Assembly (NCBI GenBank): GCA_963835065.1
Contig: CAWIEK010000049.1
Coordinates: 128,001 to 192,000 of the forward strand
Direction of reading: 5' to 3'
Source: an uncultured Chthonomonadaceae bacterium
GTDB taxonomy: Bacteria > Armatimonadota > Chthonomonadetes > Chthonomonadales > Chthonomonadaceae
Length of the DNA stretch: 64,000 bases
Position numbers and translations under genes: made by a program. Positions 29,106 through 39,793 of this stretch are shown piece by piece; position 1 is the stretch's first letter, and every line of letters begins with the position of its first letter. The notes under the pieces are model-generated. The model made no database searches. It was not told the origin of the DNA and saw only the letters and a list, made by a program, of their open reading frames with translations.

Positions 29106-29678
29106 TTAACATTCTACAGCCTCTTGCAGGGCTTCTCGCAGGCGCGCTCGTCCCCGGTGCAGCCACGACCGCACGCTGTTGACGGGAACGCCCATGAGTT
29201 CTGCGATTTCCTCGTATGTCATGCCTTCCAGCAGGCGCATACCCAAAGCGGCGCGCTGCTGGGGCGGCAGAAAATCCAGTGCGGTTTGTACGCGGGCGCG
29301 CTCTTCGGCGCGCAGAAAGCGCTCTTCAGGGTCGTCTTCCAGCGACGCGGGTAGGGTTTCGGCCATCAGGTCAATGGAGTACGACGTTTTGGAAGCGCGG
29401 GCGGTTGCCGTTTGCGTCCGGTTCAGGCAGTGGTTGACCGTCAGGCGGCGCAGCCACGCCCCGAACGCGCCCCGGCCCGCGAATTGGCCCAGCGCTTCGT
29501 ACACGCGCACAAACACTTCCTGCGTGGCGTCTTCCGCGTCGTCCGCGTTGCGCAGGATGCTGCGGCACAAGCGAAAAACGCCGGTGTAGTGCCGTTCCAC
29601 CAGTACGCGGAAAGCCGCGCGATCACCCGTCAGGGTGCGCGCTACCAGCTTTTCGTCGGTTGGAATGTGAGACATCAT
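29106..29678 (-). CDS. ECF sigma-70 factor
   Basis: DAEDATQEVF, FGAWL, MTYEEIAELMGVPVNSVRSWLHRGR. Confidence 0.95.
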   Translation of the reverse strand: MMSHIPTDEKLVARTLTGDRAAFRVLVERHYTGVFRLCRSILRNADDAEDATQEVFVRVYEALGQFAGRGAFGAWLRRLTVNHCLNRTQTATARASKTSYSIDLMAETLPASLEDDPEERFLRAEERARVQTALDFLPPQQRAALGMRLLEGMTYEEIAELMGVPVNSVRSWLHRGRARLREALQEAVEC

Positions 29679-29712
29679 CGTTTCGCCTGCCGTTTCCGTC
29701 AGCTTGCAGCAA

Positions 29713-29739
29713 TTGTCGAGAGATCAGGAAGGGTATTCC
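29713..29739 (-). promoter_or_regulatory. Candidate ECF autoregulatory promoter GGAAT-N16-CGACAA
   Basis: About 35 nt upstream of the sigma start; matches the spacing of the motif before clpC. Confidence 0.5.
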
Positions 29740-30125
29740 TGCGTGGGTGTATGGGAAAAGGTTGTTGCCCCTAATCACCGTCGCGCCAACGTCTGCAGCC
29801 GCTCCTGCACCCCTTGACAGAGCTGCTGCGCGGAAAGTTGCAGCGCATGACAAAGATTTTATAATTTCTTTTTGAGGGGAATTTAGCGCGTTGGTATGTT
29901 GGCGCGACGGGCTGAACCCTACACCAATGTCTCAACGTTGAGAAACCTTTTCTGCAAGTTCTGCGCTGCCAACAACCTACCCGTGTGGTATACTATGCTT
30001 ACGAAGCGCTATTCCCATTGCTGGCTGCCGGAATGTTGTGTTGAGTGACAAAATCGCGCGTTTGACTGAAGTACGCGCAGTCTGATTTTGTCGCTTTGAA
30101 CATTTCGGACACAGGAACTCTTTCG

Positions 30126-31118
30126 ATGACCGCAACCACTTTTGAATCTTCCTTGGAATCCACATTAGAATCTTCACGGTTGACCTCGCCTTTAGAGATC
30201 GGCCTGGAAACCGAAGCCACCGAACCAACTGTCGCCGTTCCCGCAGAAACGTTTGTTTATCTGAACGGCAAGGTTGTGCCGAAATCCGATGCCCGCGTGT
30301 CTATTTACGATCATGGATTTTTGTACGGGGATGGCGCGTTTGAGGGTATCCGGGTTTATGAGCGGAATATCTTTCGCCTGGTTCCGCATCTGGAGCGCTT
30401 GTTCCGGTCCTGCAAGGCGCTGCACATTGATTTGGGCATGAATTTGGCGCAAATGCAGGCGGCGGTTGTTTCCGTTGTTCGCGCCAACAGGCTTCAGGCA
30501 GGGTATATCCGCCTGAGCGTATCGCGCGGAGTAGGGCTTGGGCTTGATCCGAGCCATTTGCGCGGAAGCGCAACGGTGGTGATTTCTACCGAGCAATTGC
30601 GCCTGTACCCGGAGGAATTGTACGAGCGCGGCCTGGACGTGATTACCGCGAGTACGCGCGTTCCGCCGGCTGTGTGCCTTGATCCGCAGGTAAAATCTCT
30701 GGGCCGCTACATTAATAACATCAACGCCAAAATGGAAGCGAACCGGGTGGGCGCGGGCGAAGCCCTGATGCTGAACATGCAGGGCAACGTAGCCGAAGCG
30801 ACGGGAGACAATCTCTTTTTGGTGAAGGACGGCGAACTGACCACGCCGCCGACCAGCGAGGGCGCGTTGCCCGGAATTACGCGGCAGGCCGTGATGGACC
30901 TCGCAAAAGATTTAGGCTACACCTGCCGACAATCTATCACAACCTTATATGATGTTTATAATGCAGACGAAGCGTTTTTGACGGGAACGGCAGCAGAAGT
31001 CATTCCAATGATTACCTGCGACGCCAGAGCCATTGGCGACGGCAAGCCGGGTAAAATCACGGAACGCATTATTGCCGCGTTTCGAGAATTGACGCTGACC
31101 GATGGGGTGCGCGTGTGA
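30126..31118 (+). CDS. ilvE: Branched-chain amino acid aminotransferase
   Basis: GFLYGDGAFEGIR, EATGDNLF, LPGITR, EAFLTGTAAEV. Confidence 0.95.
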   Translation: MTATTFESSLESTLESSRLTSPLEIGLETEATEPTVAVPAETFVYLNGKVVPKSDARVSIYDHGFLYGDGAFEGIRVYERNIFRLVPHLERLFRSCKALHIDLGMNLAQMQAAVVSVVRANRLQAGYIRLSVSRGVGLGLDPSHLRGSATVVISTEQLRLYPEELYERGLDVITASTRVPPAVCLDPQVKSLGRYINNINAKMEANRVGAGEALMLNMQGNVAEATGDNLFLVKDGELTTPPTSEGALPGITRQAVMDLAKDLGYTCRQSITTLYDVYNADEAFLTGTAAEVIPMITCDARAIGDGKPGKITERIIAAFRELTLTDGVRV

Positions 31119-31130
31119 CCATGCAACACG

Positions 31131-31161
31131 AAAACGACACTCGTTCCTGAGTGTCGTTTTT
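31131..31161 (+). terminator. ilvE terminator
   Basis: aaaacgacactc / gagtgtcgttttt. Confidence 0.85.
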
Positions 31162-31320
31162 GTTGAGGCTTTGCGCAGCCCTCAACCTCCTATTCCTTCT
31201 GCTGAAAATCCGGCGAGAGGGTAGCAAATTACTCAAAAAAGTGAACGCTGGTGGTGAGGCTGCAGTTTTGAAACCTGTTCGTAGGAGCGGGGCGCGAATT
31301 GTGAAATAGGCCAATCGAGA

Positions 31321-31347
31321 GGAACTTTTCCTCCTGCGATTCGACTA
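31321..31347 (+). promoter_or_regulatory. Candidate ECF promoter GGAAC-N16-CGACTA upstream of clpC
   Basis: ggaacttttcctcctgcgattcgacta. Confidence 0.5.
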
Positions 31348-31539
31348 ATAGATAGTATCTGTCAGACATTGCACAAAATTCCTTCCAATCGTTTGCGCGA
31401 GTTGGGAAATCACAGGAAACTATTTGTAGCGGTTGTTTGTGTCGGCATCAACGGGTGATCACAGCTTCCACCAATTCTTTTGTTCGCATGCGCGGCCTGA
31501 GAGGATTGCCGGGAGATTGTCAAGGAAGGACGAAGGACC

Positions 31540-34084
31540 ATGTGGCAGCGGTTTACAGAGCGGGCGCGGCGGGTGGTATTCTTCGCTCAGGAAGAAGCCG
31601 GCCGTCTGGGCGAGAACTACGTTTCCACCGAGCATCTCTTACTCGGACTGGTGCGTGAAAACGACAGCGTAGCGGCGCGTATTTTGGATCGCATGGGCGT
31701 GTCATTGGGACGCATCCGCAGCGAGATTGAGCGGCAGGTGACGCGGGGTGACGGGCGGTTGGGGCAGGACATGCAGTTGACGCCCCGCGCAAAGCGCGTG
31801 ATTGATCTGGCGTATGACGAAGCGCGGCAGTTGAGCAATAACTACATCGGCACGGAGCATCTGCTGCTCGGCCTTATCCGCGAGGGTGAGGGACTGGCGG
31901 GGCGCGTGCTGGCGAAATTGGGCGTTGAACTGGAGCGGACGCGCCGCGAAGTGATGGCGCTGCAGGACAACGACAGCGGGATGCAGGCTCCGGCAAGTGG
32001 ACGGCAGAAATCCCGGACGCCCACCCTGGACGAGTTCGGGCGCGATTACACGGAACTGGCGCGTACCGATAAACTTGACCCGGTTGTGGGGCGGCATACG
32101 GAAATTGAGCGCGTGATTCAAATCCTGAGTCGGCGCACCAAGAATAACCCCGTGCTGCTTGGCGAACCCGGCGTCGGCAAAACGGCCATTGCGGAGGGAC
32201 TCGCGCAGCGCATGGTGTCGGGCGATATTCCCGAAACCCTCAAGGATAAGCGCATTGTCAGCCTCGACCTTGCCAGCCTTGTGGCGGGAACCAAGTACCG
32301 GGGCGAGTTTGAAGAGCGGATGAAGCGCGTAATGGACGAGGTCCGCAAAGCGTCCGGCGAAATCGTCCTCTTCATTGACGAACTGCATACGCTTGTGGGC
32401 GCAGGCGCGGCGGAGGGAGCGATTGACGCTTCCAACATTATGAAGCCCGCACTGGCAAGAGGCGAACTGCAGTGCATCGGCGCGACGACCTTAGACGAGT
32501 TCCGCAAGTACATTGAGCGCGACGCGGCCTTGCAGCGGCGTTTCCAGCCGGTCAAGGTCAGCGAGCCGACGCCGGAAGAAGCCGTTGAGATTCTCAAAGG
32601 TTTGCGGGAGCGGTATGAGCAGCACCATCGCGTGAAGATCACGGATGACGCGCTGGTAGCCGCCGCGCAACTGGCGGATCGCTATATTACGGATAAATTC
32701 CTGCCCGACAAGGCCATTGACCTGATTGATGAGGCCGCAAGCCGCGTTCGGCTGCAATACGCCCTTCCGCCCGCAGACTTGCGACAGGCCAAGCAGAAAC
32801 TGGCCGAAGTCAAGAAGCAGATCAATGCCGTTGCCGACAAGAACCTGTATAGCAGCGACAACAATCTGTCGGAAGTGGAAGAAAGCCTGCAAAAGCAGAT
32901 CGAAGACCTGGAACTCGATTGGAACAGCAAGCGCGAAAGCATGGCGCGGGTTGTGACTGAGGATGAGGTTGCCCAAATCGTGCAGTCGTGGACGGGGATT
33001 CCGGTCAGCCGCCTGGTGGAAGCGGAAATGCAGAAACTTCTCCGCATGGAAGAAGAGCTGCACAAGCGCTACATCGGGCAGAACGCGGCGGTTGTGGCGG
33101 TCAGCAAGGCCGTGCGCCGCGCCCGCAGCGGCATGAAGGACCCGAAGCGTCCGATGGGCGTGTTCATGTTTCTCGGCCCGACGGGTACGGGGAAAACCGA
33201 ACTGGCCCGCGCGCTCTCGGCGTTCCTGTTCGACAGCGAAAACAGCCTGATCCGCATTGACATGAGCGAGTATTCGGAGCGGTTCAACGTCAGCCGACTG
33301 GTGGGCGCTCCTCCCGGCTATGTCGGGTACGAGGAGGGCGGCCAGCTTACGGAAGCGGTTCGCCGCAACCCGTACTCGGTCATTCTGCTGGACGAAATCG
33401 AAAAAGCGCACCCGGAAGTGTTCAACATTCTGCTGCAAGTGGCGGAAGACGGACGGCTTACGGACAGTCAGGGTCGTATCGTGGACTTCAAGAACACGGT
33501 TATCATTCTGACATCCAACCTGGGCGCGCAGCATATCAGCAAAACGGAGCGCGGCATCGGTATCCGGGGCGAAATCGAGCGGCGGGGCGCGGACGAAGAG
33601 CGGGCGAACGAAGCCACGCGCAACCGTGTCATGGACGAGGTGAAGAAGGCATTCCGACCCGAATTCCTGAACCGCATTGACGAGGTTATCGTGTTCGATC
33701 CGCTGTCTCCCGATCAGATATTCCAGATCGTGGACCTGATGCTGGCGCGGGTGAACAAGCAGATTCAGGCGCAGGACTTGAAGCTGGAACTGACGCCCGA
33801 AGTCAAGGAACTGCTTGGCGGAAGAAGGCTTCGACAAGGCAATGGGCGCGCGACCTTTGCGCCGCGCGGTTCAGCGCTTGATCGAAGACCCGCTTGCCGA
33901 AGAAGTTCTGCGCGGCACGTTCCGCTCCGGGGATACCATTCTGGCGTACCGTGACGAGGACAACAAAATCGCGTTCAAGCACAAGCCGATTGACGAGGGG
34001 ATGCCGAAAGTTCTGGAAGCCGGCGAGGACGGCGACGCAGACACCGGCCTGCCACCCTTTGAGGAACCGGCAGTGATCGGGTAA
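31540..34084 (+). CDS. clpC: ATP-dependent Clp protease ATP-binding subunit ClpC, apparent frameshift near 33816
   Basis: Clp-N repeats, [26 protein letters not shown]-terminal [10 protein letters not shown] is in the shifted ORF 33815..34084. Confidence 0.96.
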
Positions 34085-34177
34085 TTGACCCTCGACCTCT
34101 GGCCCCTTCTCTCATAACACGTATTTCAAAGCGAAGCAGAAATACGGAGGCTGGGGGAAGGGGAACTGTTCAAATTA

Positions 34178-34215
34178 ACCTCCCGTTTGGCGATTGCCGG
34201 ACGGGAAGTTTTTTT
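34178..34215 (+). terminator. Terminator downstream of clpC
   Basis: ctcccgtttggc / gccggacgggaag followed by a T-run. Confidence 0.75.
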
Positions 34216-34309
34216 CCTGGAAAACTAAGGAAACAATTACGCTGTTCGGTTCGTTTGGTAGGTGTTGTATTATCTATCCTAATCAATCTGTTTTGGAGGA
34301 GAAAATTCC

Positions 34310-34798
34310 ATGAAGAAGACTGTACGGCGTCGGTGGCTGGCGAGTGTGCTGACCCTTGTGATGGCCTGCGGCCTGCTGACGCCCTCGTTTGGTTTGCTGG
34401 ACAAGACGCGCTTTGCCGCCGATATGGGACTGGCGTTCTTCGCGTTTCGACATTATGTGTACAGCCCGTACAAGGCCGGAGCCTTTCAAACGGGAGCGCA
34501 GGGACGAACGAAAGCGATGATAAAGGGAGGCGCGGCCTTGTTGTTCGCCGTGAACCGCGTAAAGAAAGCAAACAGTATCGCGCACAACAGCAAAAGCCCG
34601 TTGCTGCACAAACTGGTTGCTCCCCTGGATGCGCTGGAAACCGAGTACAGTACGCTCGGCCAGAAGCTGAAGGGTGGCAACTTCGACCCGGCGCAAATAG
34701 ATCGCGTGAATGGTCATGTCAACGACATCGGCTCCGGCGCGTCGGCAGCCGGCGCTCCCATCAAAGAAAAACCGGAAGCCATTCCCGGCACAGAGTAA
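34310..34798 (+). CDS. Secreted hypothetical protein
   Basis: GGAG SD, signal peptide, helical mature region. Confidence 0.8.
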   Translation: MKKTVRRRWLASVLTLVMACGLLTPSFGLLDKTRFAADMGLAFFAFRHYVYSPYKAGAFQTGAQGRTKAMIKGGAALLFAVNRVKKANSIAHNSKSPLLHKLVAPLDALETEYSTLGQKLKGGNFDPAQIDRVNGHVNDIGSGASAAGAPIKEKPEAIPGTE

Positions 34799-34956
34799 GA
34801 CGTTCATAACCGATAAGACGGTTTTTAGCCGGGATGTTCACATCCCGGCTAAGAGTGCATCTTTAGCCCACATATAAATGCAGCCCAAAATGCTTTCTAT
34901 GTGGCTGAATGTATATTTTAAGCGAAATATGTATGTATACATAGGACTGTAGAAGC

Positions 34957-35451
34957 ATGGCCTGGAAAGTTGTCGAACGTCGTGTTGGTAAAGCAGGCTC
35001 TCTCAAACGGAGAAGCGGGCGTCAGCGCGAGTGGGACAGCAAGTACGGCGAAGGGAATTGGGAAATCGGCTACGTTGTAGAAGGCCATTTCATCAGTCAA
35101 GAAGAAGCTCTGGAGACTATCTATTATCGCAGTTATGAGCAGCATTTTCAGCAGCATCCTTCCGATGTGGAAGAATTGATAAAATTGGCAAAGGTATTGC
35201 GTAATCCACATGCGGAAGCGACAACCAGTGTAGACCTGCAAGTTCCTGCAATCATGGATTACCTGAAGCGCAATAACTTATGTCTGCAAGGCCGCGAGGT
35301 TGTAGATATTGGTTCATGGGAGGGGCAGGCGACTTACGCCATCAGCATTCGATTAAGCCCTTTATCGGTTCGGGTGATTGGCGACCCAAAAATGACGCTG
35401 GAGCAGTATTGGCAGGATAAGAAGTGTTTGGCGACCTGGGAAGATGATTAA
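34957..35451 (+). CDS. Hypothetical protein in a lower-GC stretch
   Basis: 164 aa ORF with globular composition; no family recognised. Confidence 0.75.
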   Translation: MAWKVVERRVGKAGSLKRRSGRQREWDSKYGEGNWEIGYVVEGHFISQEEALETIYYRSYEQHFQQHPSDVEELIKLAKVLRNPHAEATTSVDLQVPAIMDYLKRNNLCLQGREVVDIGSWEGQATYAISIRLSPLSVRVIGDPKMTLEQYWQDKKCLATWEDD

Positions 35452-35536
35452 GCAGCTTGTTTGCAGGCACTTTCAAACCAGAACAATCGAAGTGTCAAAA
35501 CCAATTGTGGTAGAAATCTAAAGAGGAAATGTAACC

Positions 35537-36171
35537 ATGTCTGCGTTGCCAATGACTCCGGTGTTAATCTCACGCGCCATGATTAGAACGCGCCCGGATG
35601 GAACGCAATCGGAGTGCAGTATCAACTTCGGGACGCCGACAGTTCATCCCACTATTACGAACGCGGGAGAAGCGGTATATTATTGCCCTATTCAACTTAA
35701 GGACTTGGAGGATGATTATATTTATTCGCTTGTTGGCGATGATCCGCTTGCCGTGCTGTTGCGGTCTCTGCGGGGCGATTGCGTATTTGTATGGTTGACC
35801 GACTTGATGAAGGATACGGGCTGATGCCGACGCAGATGGAAGTTTGGGAGGCAATATCAACAGGTATGCGGAGAGCTCATGTGTCAGGTGACGGGCGCGG
35901 GAGGAGTCGGGGCTGATTTGTGAGGATTAAAGATAAGGACTTGGAGGATGATTATATTTATTCGCTTGTTGGCGATGATCCGCTTGCCGCGCTGATTGCG
36001 GCTCTTTATTTTGCAGGTTCCCGGCTTGGCAGCCCACGCTATGCCGACCAGTTGGATTGGCCCGCCTGCATCAACTTTGGATTTCCAGTCCGGCCCAAGT
36101 TCGATTTGCCGCCGGAGGATGATTTAAACAGCGATGGAACATTGTGCCGCCGAGAAGGGGTAAACGTATGA
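35537..36171 (+). pseudogene. DUF6968-like gene interrupted by a ~236 bp degenerate tandem duplication
   Basis: Identical 56 bp at 35698-35753 and 35934-35989; removing one unit gives ...YYCPIQL...GDDPLAALIAAL...NFGFP. Confidence 0.6.
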
Positions 36172-36469
36172 ATTACTAAGAGCCTCTCCCCATACCTCGC
36201 GCGATGCTAACAGCAACAATTCAGAAAAAAGATAAAAAAGAGCCGAACAACGCGAAAAAACGAACCCTTTGCCTCATTCACCCTGTCTATACAGTACAAA
36301 CGTCTACTGTACAGATGTTATGTCCATAGGAAGGGAGGTGCATGAGAATGTCCCCACACCCCTCCCGTTCGCCCTGATGCTGCTGAGGTCACGACGCCTC
36401 TCTCCTACAACTTGACACAATGAGACATCGGGCTGGAAGCGCTGTATTGCCAAGATTTCGACGATCTCT

Positions 36470-38059
36470 CTACATATTGTTTCGTTGTTGTTTGGCTTGG
36501 TTCCAGTAGACGTCCATTTCTTCGAGGGTCATGTCGTTGAGAGTGCGGCCCTGTTCCGTTGCGCGTTGTTCGATGTAGCGGAAGCGGGAGGAGAAGCGTT
36601 TGAGCATCTGGCGCAGGGCTTCTTCGGGATCGAGTTTCTGCCAACGCGCCACTTGTACGAGCGTGAACAGCAGGTCGCCGAGTTCCGCTTCCACTTTGGC
36701 TTTGTCCACGTTCGCTGCGCTGAGTTCAGCTTTTAGTTCCTGTGGTTTCTTCATCCCACTTTTGCAGCACATCCTCAAAACGGTTCCACTCGAAACCGAC
36801 CTTCACGACGCGCTTGCTGATCTCCATCGCCTGCATCAATGCGGGCAGGGCGGACGGTACGCCGTCGAGCAGGGACTTGCGATAATCCACATCGTCGGGT
36901 GACTTTTCCGCCTTTTTGATGGTTTCCCAATTGCGCAGAACTTCGTCGCTGTCGGCAACCTGCGTGGTTCCGAAAACGTGCGGGTGGCGGCGCACCAGTT
37001 TTTCCACAATGGCCGCGCTCACATCATCTATGCTGAACACGCCTTCCTCATGGGCAAGTTGGGCATGGAATACCACCTGCAAGAGCGCGTCGCCCAATTC
37101 CTCAACAAAACCATCAGGAGGTCCGCCCGCGTTGTAGGCGTCAATGGCGTCCAGAACCTCATACGTTTCTTCCACAAAATACTTTTTCAGCGTGGCGTGG
37201 GTTTGTTCCCGATCCCACGGGCAGCCGTCCGGGGCGCGGAGTTTCGCCATGACGCCAACGAGTTCGGTAAATCCGGGACGGCGGCGACCGGCGGGCAGGG
37301 GCGGAACGTAAACGGCAGTGAGATGGCTGACAGGTTCGCGGTCCAATTGGTACAGGGGAACGGAACGTACCGACTGGCGATCTGCAACGCCCGCTTCCTG
37401 AACAACGCGCACTTCCCAATCATCGGGGTAGTCGCGCATCAGGGCGAGTTTGGTGTGGGAAGCGGAAGCGCGTCGTATACCTGGAACAGCAGCAAGCCCC
37501 GCGTTACATCCAGCCGCGCGCCCATGCGATTGCCGTTGGTATCTATGCTGTCGAAGGTTTGCAGCGTCAGGGCGTCGCGTATGTCGCAGCCTGCATCCAG
37601 CGGTACGCCCAATGCGGTAAAAACCGCTTCCACGAAACTGCCGGAACTGATAACATGCGTGGGAATGTTGGCCTGCTGCGCCTGATCCAGAATCAATTGC
37701 GCCGCGCGTTCGCCAAACAGGGGATGGCCGGGAACGGCGTAAGCCACTTCATACGGGATTGCGTCCGTTGTTTCGCGTTGCGCGGCGGCGAGAACGGATT
37801 GCGCGATTTGGTTGTATACATCGTCAAAATCCGCCGCCGAGTCGTAAAGCGCGTCGAATGTATCAAAAACGATGCCTTCTGATTGCAGCCATGTGACAAC
37901 AGGATGGCGGGCCGTTCGGAGAAATAAAGCTCCCGTTCCTGTCTGATGGTCGGCAGATGCTTGACGCAGGCCGCGCTCCGCGCCGCGCGATAAACTATCG
38001 CTGTCGCCAGCGCCCAATCCGATCAGCGTAATCAACGATGTTTCCTCTGGAAAGAACAT
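36470..38059 (-). CDS. mazG: YabN-type bifunctional methylase-like / MazG nucleoside triphosphate pyrophosphohydrolase, apparent frameshifts near 37470 and 36745
   Basis: GLGAG...LRTARHP, YAVPGHP; GCPWDREQT, EELGDALLQ, RRHPHVFG; second EAELGDLLF motif. Confidence 0.92.
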
Positions 38060-38175
38060 TCAACAAAACAACGCGCTACCTGACCGAGTCTGGAACGACC
38101 CGTCTAACGGGCATGCCGCCAACCGGTCTGCAACCGGAAACCTTATTTTGTTGAGAATTTCCAAGTGACGGCAAG

Positions 38176-38221
38176 AAACGCCTTTGTCAGCAGACCGGGA
38201 ATGGCGCTGACAAAGGCGTTT
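38176..38221. terminator. Stem-loop terminator
   Basis: aaacgcctttgtcagc / gctgacaaaggcgttt. Confidence 0.75.
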
Positions 38222-38238
38222 ACAGGCTGTGGACGTGG

Positions 38239-39678
38239 CTACCGGCCGGAACTTGCGGGAGGCGTCGCCCCCCCGGAACCTGGGGCGGAAGTACCGCCGC
38301 CGGCAGGAGCGGACGCGCCGCCTGATGTTGGGGCTGCGCTGCCGCTGCTGGCAGGAGCCGATGCGCCCGTAGAACCGGATGCGCCGGAACCAGCGCCGGC
38401 AGAGCCTGAGCCGGAAGAACCAGCCCCGGCAGCGCCAGACCCGCTATTTGGATTTGAACCTGTGGAACCAGCGCCGGCAGCGCCGCCCGCTCCGGCAGGC
38501 GCGGAACCGGAACCTGGCGCGACCATTCGGGGCGCGGAGCCGGAAGGAGCGCCCGCGCCGGGACGAATCATCATGGGGCGACCGCCTCCGGGCGCTCCTG
38601 ATGGAGCGCCTCCCGGTCCCCCGGAAGGCGCTCCACCGGGACCGCCGGGACCACCGCCCATCATGCCCATCGGATTAACCGGGGGTTTCAAGGCTTGTTT
38701 CACCACATCGTTGTAGCGCTCGATGTACACGTCCACTTTGGCGGTTTTGTTGTACTCATTGATCAGTTCTTCGCTGTGCTGAAGCAGTTGTGGCTGCGTT
38801 TCCGCCAGTTTGCGTTCACGAACCGCTTCATGGGCGTCGGCAAGCGTGGCATCGCCTTTGGGCATCCGTTTCACAAGCTGCACCACGATGGTGGTAGCCG
38901 TTGGAGCGCCGGGAGCCTGAATTTTCACGGGAGCGGCGGCAACCTGTCCGTCTTTCAGCGAAGCAAGCGCTGTTTTAAGAGGTTCTGGCAGAGGGTCAAG
39001 CACGACGTAGCGTACCGCGCCGGCGTTGGGAACATATTTTGCGGCAGCGGCGGCAAAATCGCCGTTGGCCTTGATCTGGCTGATCAGCTGAATGCCCTCG
39101 GTATCGTTGGGAACCGGAGCCACGCGCAAGCCAACGATCTCAGGATAATTGTACTGCTTTTGATTTTCCTTGAACGCTGTCTGTATGTCCGCTTCGGGAA
39201 TCGTGGCGGCGTTGGAACCCAGATTGATTTTGATCATGTTCTCGCGGAGCAATTTGGGCAGCATTTCCGGCGTGAGTTGCCCGGCGGCAATGGAGGACAT
39301 AACACGGGGATCGGTGCGCGTCAGATACTGCGCGTAACGTTTGACTTCATCCTCCGTAGGAAGGGCATGCTTGTCGGCAGCGAGCTTTTCGAGCAGTTTG
39401 TCCTTGACGGCGAGGATGAGGCCGGCGCCGCCCGCATCCGTCGTAACCTGTTGAGACGTCAACTGCTGAAAATCCTGCGCCTTGACGCGGGAAACGTAAT
39501 CCTGGTACTCCTCGTCCGTGATCGTTGCATCATTGACGCGAGCGACGTATTTGCGGTTCTGGCAGCCGGCCAGCGGCGTAAGCAGAGCCGCGAGGCCAAG
39601 CGCCGCCAGGCTGCGCCTGCGAAGGTGAGTGGAAACATACACAGCGGATTCTTCTCCTTTAACAAAAACCGGCGACAT
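38239..39678 (-). CDS. PrsA/SurA-like foldase lipoprotein with Gly/Ser/Pro-rich tail; start probably ~39635
   Basis: Lipobox LAGC, VARVNDATIT, GDFAAAAAKY parvulin-like segment. Confidence 0.8.
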   Translation of the reverse strand: MSPVFVKGEESAVYVSTHLRRRSLAALGLAALLTPLAGCQNRKYVARVNDATITDEEYQDYVSRVKAQDFQQLTSQQVTTDAGGAGLILAVKDKLLEKLAADKHALPTEDEVKRYAQYLTRTDPRVMSSIAAGQLTPEMLPKLLRENMIKINLGSNAATIPEADIQTAFKENQKQYNYPEIVGLRVAPVPNDTEGIQLISQIKANGDFAAAAAKYVPNAGAVRYVVLDPLPEPLKTALASLKDGQVAAAPVKIQAPGAPTATTIVVQLVKRMPKGDATLADAHEAVRERKLAETQPQLLQHSEELINEYNKTAKVDVYIERYNDVVKQALKPPVNPMGMMGGGPGGPGGAPSGGPGGAPSGAPGGGRPMMIRPGAGAPSGSAPRMVAPGSGSAPAGAGGAAGAGSTGSNPNSGSGAAGAGSSGSGSAGAGSGASGSTGASAPASSGSAAPTSGGASAPAGGGTSAPGSGGATPPASSGR

Positions 39679-39793
39679 TCTGAAAGACAGGACAATGCAG
39701 GCATGGCGTTTAAGCCTGCCTGCATCGCAATAAAAGTCAAGAACATCCCCGGCGAAAATTGCGTGGTGTTATTAGTTTACACCATTCCAGTCT

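Noticed and set aside
33810..33825. Programmed ribosomal frameshift in clpC
   Set aside because: No slippery heptamer, and many similar indels in the window favour sequencing error
32491..33837. Long antisense ORFs opposite clpC, and similarly opposite PBP1A, the prsA-like gene and moxR
   Set aside because: Shadow ORFs expected from high-GC codon bias; no motifs or ribosome-binding sites
35698..35989. Diversity-generating retroelement TR/VR pair
   Set aside because: Differences are indel-rich rather than adenine-specific, and there is no reverse transcriptase; the 19359/20625 pair likewise differs only synonymously
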